This document shows positions 34,804-38,990 of a DNA stretch of 38,990 bases, piece after piece. The stretch lies in assembly GCF_006345805.1 (NCBI RefSeq), contig NW_021835885.1, positions 1 through 38,990 of the forward strand, read 5' to 3'. The notes below the pieces were generated by a model. That model did not search any database and had not been told where the DNA came from. It saw nothing but the letters and a program-made list of their open reading frames with translations. Position 1 is the first letter of the stretch; each line of letters begins with the position of its first letter. Position numbers and translations under genes: made by a program. This DNA comes from Octopus sinensis. Its lineage: Eukaryota.

Positions 34804-35989
34804 GTGTGTTTGTGCGTACGTACGTGCGTGCGTGTGACCAAAGCCGTCTTTTATTCAAGCAGTGTGCTCAAAATTGTATAATCTAACCTGTCCTATACAA
34901 GTGATGCAAGTAAACTTTTGGCTGCTATTTCTAGCAGGTGAAGCGACTACATTAAATCTTTTGTACACTTGTTGTTGTTGTTAATATTGCTGCCGTTACT
35001 GTTACCATTGCTGCTGTTGCCGCTATTATTGTTGTTGTTGATGTTGTTAATCTGTAGCTAGCAAAATAACATTCACCCCCTTCCTACCATAGAATATCTA
35101 TCAAGCTATTTCAGTTTGGCGCCAAAGACTCTGTCAAGGAGAATGGCAGACATATTGGTTTTGGAATGTTCTATGTTTACTCGTTCTTCGTCTTCTTCTT
35201 CTTCTTGTTACTGGTGGTAGTATTGTTGATGTTGCTGTTCTTGTTGTTTTGGCTGTTGTTGCTGTTTTTGCTAGTTTTGTTGATAGCGTTATTGTTGTTA
35301 TTTTAACATCAGGTCTACTTTGAGCCAGTTAAACATTAATCAACAGTGTCCCATTAATGACCATCTCGCTTTATTTTCACAACTTATAATACTATTTACA
35401 TATTTCAGACGAAATTATCCATTGTGACCTTTCTGTTTAAGATGGTAGTATGTAAATTGAGGAAGATTTCATTGCTATTTCTAGCAAGTCAAACGACCAT
35501 ATAGAGGCCTTCTTGGCACGTCGTAGATAATGATGATGGTGGTGTTATTACTGTGTTGTTTTTGGCGCTGGTGGTGATGGTGTCTTGTTTACTTCCAAGT
35601 CAACTTTCATAGAGCAGATACCCCTAAGGTCAATAACCGTTCCTCCCGTGACTCCACAGTCGTTTTACTGAACTAACATACCATAGACAATATCAAACGT
35701 GTCCTTTATAATATGCTTTGACAGAGATTCATTTCTTATTTCTATTATTTTTATTGTTATTGTCACAATTAATACTTACTTTTCAAATAATTCCTATCTA
35801 TTTGATACGTATCCCTCCTTTTACAAGATACCAAGTATGATTGGGGGGAAATTTGTTTGCTATTTCTAGAAAACCAACCAAATAGCGATTAGTAGACAAG
35901 TCCTTGCGGTTATTTTTGCCTCTATTGTTGTTCCAAATATAAAACCGTCAAAAGCCAGTTTATTTTTATGTTTTTTTTTATTTGATATT

Positions 35990-37127
35990 AGTGTTGCTTG
36001 ATATGTTTTGCTAAAATTGCTGTTTCTTTTCAGATATCAGCAGAAAAAGGTATTTTTATTTAAATTTATTAAAATGACAGATCTATCGGAATTTCAAAGA
36101 GGTCAAATTGATGGTGCTTGTATGGCAGGCGCTAGCGTAACGAAAACAGCCGAAATGTTTGCTGAATCAAGAAGTACTGTCTCGAAAGTAATGACAGCCT
36201 TTGAGAAAGAGGGAAAAACCTCCTAGTTGAAACAAAACTCCGGAAGAAAACCAAAACTTTCAGATAAGAACCATCGGACTCTTACGCGAATTGTTAGAAA
36301 GGATCACAAAGGTACAACTCCCAAAATTACTGTAGAGCTTAATGATAACCTAGAAAACCCAGTTTCCACAAAAGCTGGATTTCACAGGAGGGTTGCAATC
36401 AGAAAACCATCACTTTCAAAAACAAACGTTGCAAAGCATTTAGAATGGAGTAAAATCCTACAGAATTGGTTCCTAGAGCAGTGGAAGAATATTATTTTCT
36501 CGGACGCGTCATCCTTTACCTTTTTTCCGACCACCAGCCGAGTATACGTGTGGAGACAGCCAAAAGAAGCATTTGACCCAGACTACCTTCTTCCAACTGT
36601 TAAACATGGAGGAGGATTTGTGATGATCGTAGGGACTATATCTTGGAAATCCGCCGGCCCGATGGTTTCCCTTCGTGGCAGAATTAATAGTCAAGTCTAT
36701 TAAGGCACTTTATCTGATCAAATTTATCCTATGGTTGCGGAACTGTTTCCAGAGGGAAACATAATCTTCCAGGATGATAATGCACCAATTCACACAGCTA
36801 AAGTTGTTACTGAAGGGCACAGGGAATATTCTAGTGAAGTTGAACATCTTATTTGGCCACCACAGTCCCCAGATCTCAATATTATTGAACATTTATGGTG
36901 CATTTTAAAAAATAAGGAGTCGATATCCTCCACCATCATCATTACAAGAACTGGAAACTGTTTAGCTGAAGAATGGATAAGAGTTCGTTTGGAAACAATT
37001 AAAGCTTTGTACGAGTCCATACATCATAGAATTCAAGCTGTAATTACTGTCAAAGGTGGTCCTACCTCATATTAAAGTAAATTTGTTTGAAATTTTAAGG
37101 TGTTTCCATTATTTTGTTCAAACCCTG
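35990..37127 (+). mobile_element. Tc1-like DNA transposon, 5' TIR not found
   Basis: 3' end ...ggtgtttccattattttgttcaaaccctg followed by TA; no matching cagggtttgaacaaaat seen upstream. Confidence 0.75.
36074..37075 (+). pseudogene. Tc1/mariner transposase pseudogene (DD36E spacing)
   Basis: MTDLSEFQRGQI...SGRKPKL...IFSD...KHGGG...FQDDNAPIH...WPPQSPDLNIIEHLW...KGGPTSY. In-frame stops at 36224 and 36701, a deletion near VSTK/AGFH, and compensating frameshifts near the C-terminus. Confidence 0.92.
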
Positions 37128-37198
37128 TATATATTATACATACATACATACATACATATATTATACATACATACATACATGTATAAATATACATTATA

Positions 37199-37242
<44 letters not shown>

Positions 37243-37354
37243 CATCGAGAAAAATGAGTTAGAAAATTGATTATTAGCGCTTTCATTCGTTTATCGATCT
37301 CATCAAGACAAAGTCAAAATGGCAACGTGTTGCCCTTAACACCTAAAATAATAA

Positions 37355-37766
37355 AGTGATTACGAAGTTCGCCTCGCAACATCGTAGATTCGGGTTCAGC
37401 CCCAACATGCAGCACCTTGGGCAGGTGTTTTCCACTGTAGTGCTGGGCCGAACAACTCCTTGTAAGGGAATTTGGTTAACGGAAACTGTGTGGAAGCCTG
37501 TCGTGTGCAAATATATATGTATATATATATATTTGTGTGAGTATGTGTATGCTGGTTTACTGTATTTATGCTTGCCTTTGTGTCTATCCCCACCGCCTGA
37601 CAGCCGATATTGGTTCGTTTACATCCCCATACCATAGCGGAATAAATATATCAAATTTTGAAAAAACTAATTATTGAGCTTCACTGTGTTGGATGAAACC
37701 CTTCAAGGTGGTGCTCCAGCATAGCCACAGTCCAAAAACAAGTACAAGAATTCCAGAATAAAAGAA
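37355..37766 (+). mobile_element. Decayed composite SINE A/B
   Basis: ttcgggttcagcccc...caccttgggcaggtg...ggtggtgctccagcatagccacagtcc. Confidence 0.7.
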
Positions 37767-38231
37767 TGCTGTTAATCCCTGTTCTGAATAAACCGTTTTA
37801 CTGCTTCCATATTTAGTAGAATTCATTTTAAACCTCCAACACCCCCCCCCCCGCCCACTTGCTCTATATTTGTATTTTTTCTTCTCGTGTATTTTTCATT
37901 TGAATATTTTTTTTCAATCCATAGTTTTTTTAATTCTTTTTTTGCATTCTATTCTGCTCTGCCCTGTTGTTTTGAGCAATCCCCTGCCAAGTTAGAATCT
38001 AAAATTTCTAAAATTCAGCAAACGTTTCCCGTCATCCTCATCATCACCACCACCACCACCACCTTCTTCTTCTTCTCTTCCTCCTCCTCCTACTACTACT
38101 GCTACTACATCAACAAAGTATTTACAGATATAGAGAGACAGACATCCATCCTTCCCACCGTACATAGACGCATAAATACGTACATCTATACATGAATATA
38201 TTCATACATACACACACACACACATACACTT

Positions 38232-38271
38232 TTTCAAACGTTTCACGTTCGATACAGCATCTTCACTGAAA
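38232..38271 (-). ncRNA. Degenerate minimal hammerhead relic
   Basis: Minus strand tttca-GTGAAGA-tgctgtatcgaacgt-GAAA-cg-TT-tgaaa. Stem I and the ACGT palindrome are retained; C3 is mutated and stem II is broken. Confidence 0.3.
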
Positions 38272-38685
38272 CTCCGAAGTTACAGACAACTAATTTTAAA
38301 ATAAATTACTATTTTACATATACTATTTTATCTGTATTTCCTTGTATTTTAACTAAATTTTTGATGTCTTAATACATTTCATAACATTTTTCCCGCCACC
38401 ATCTGTTCTTATACAATTATGTACGTACATACTTACATGTCTTGTAAGCCGATTGTAACATGTTGTTGTAATTAGTGAACCTTGTGGCAAATAGAGTAAA
38501 TTATTGTTTTTTATTATCATTATTATTATTATTTTGTAGAATTGAGATAATTTAGCGGATGGATGGCTGACGTCCGGCCATCTTTCCATATGCGTATATG
38601 TGTGTGGGCGGCTGGTGAAAATATGTACACAAGTGTGTGTTTATATGTGCACAGATATTTCAATGCAGAATTGTATATAAATATG

Positions 38686-38757
<72 letters not shown>

Positions 38758-38825
38758 TATATATATGTATGTCTGTGTATATGCATATATTTGTATAATC
38801 TGCATATACACATACGCACACACGG

Positions 38826-38856
<31 letters not shown>

Positions 38857-38990
38857 GGTGTTGTGGTGGTGTTGCGTCGTGTTTTGTGGGTGCGTGAGCC
38901 CAGTGGCCGTGTGAATAGATGTGCGTGTGTGCACTACGACTCTGCGTGCTTGCATGATTAAGTATGTAACTTGTGTGGTGGAGAGGGGGA

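Overview
Eukaryotic, AT-rich, microsatellite-saturated non-coding DNA with no confidently identifiable host protein-coding gene. From recall of the repeat families it is most likely Octopus (a coleoid cephalopod); this was not checked by search. Almost all long ORFs in the supplied track are translation artefacts of (TA)n/(CA)n/(TACA)n arrays. The real content is a transposon graveyard: at least three tRNA-headed SINE families (many copies, some with target-site duplications), several 3' fragments of R4/Dong-like non-LTR retrotransposons (one nested cluster at about 12.5-15.4 kb), a CR1-type LINE 3' end, a decayed Tc1-like transposase with DD36E spacing, a hAT/Charlie MITE, a Helitron-like end, and Penelope-like element (PLE) debris. 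The most striking unexplained structure is a dispersed set of about 11 type-I hammerhead-ribozyme-like motifs. Three have intact canonical core sequences and one has a compensatory U3-A8 core. Many sit inside fold-back palindromes inserted into TA microsatellites, and one palindrome carries a PLE GIY-YIG endonuclease fragment. A 1.48-kb tandem duplication with an indel-rich second copy may be an assembly artefact. One isolated textbook exon candidate lies at 34016-34073.
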